Shown: one piece after another, positions 63,854 to 64,000 of the stretch
Numbering within the stretch: the stretch's first letter is position 1
Layout: each line of letters begins with the position of its first letter
Origin: Octopus sinensis
Lineage: Eukaryota
Direction: 5' to 3'
Assembly: GCF_006345805.1 (NCBI RefSeq)
Contig: NC_043017.1
Location: 7,316,001-7,380,000, forward strand
DNA: 64,000 nucleotides
Notes under the pieces: generated by a model
Databases searched by the model: none
What the model was told of the DNA's origin: nothing
The model's input: only the letters and a program-made list of their open reading frames with translations
Program-made: the position numbers and the translations under genes

Positions 63854-64000
63854 AGAGTAACATTTATAAAAATACCAACCAAGTTATGGTAGTTTAGTCA
63901 CGATACCTCACTTGCTCACGGAAGAATTGTTAGTCTCAGAAAAATTGCTTTGTAGCATGTCTTCCAACATTTTACGTTTTGAGCTCAAACCTTGCTGAGG

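Overview
AT-rich, repeat-saturated animal genomic DNA. The SINE families and microsatellite style look like an Octopus-type coleoid cephalopod; this is an inference from recognised repeats, with no search run. I could not identify any host protein-coding gene. The ORF track is mostly translated microsatellites, SINEs and transposon relics, so the window is probably intergenic or deep intronic. It contains dozens of copies of three abundant SINE-like families (here called A, B and C) plus CORE/V-domain SINEs. There are relics of RTE, CR1/L2 and R4/Dong-type LINEs, mariner, hAT and piggyBac MITEs (several nested, with readable TSDs), minisatellites and higher-order microsatellites, and a CpG-decayed tRNA-Asn(GTT) pseudogene. 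The most interesting signal is a set of four unrelated type I hammerhead ribozyme (HHR) motifs, each with a short palindromic stem III. (1) 44952-45006 (+) has a covarying U3-A8 core. (2) 14110-14177 (+) has a ~17-bp stem I and is tandemly duplicated with a 171-nt, retrozyme-sized period. (3) 35829-35903 (-) has a long stem II. (4) 52284-52329 (-) sits inside a tRNA-headed SINE and carries the inactivating G5A change. All structures were folded by eye; activity and novelty are untested.
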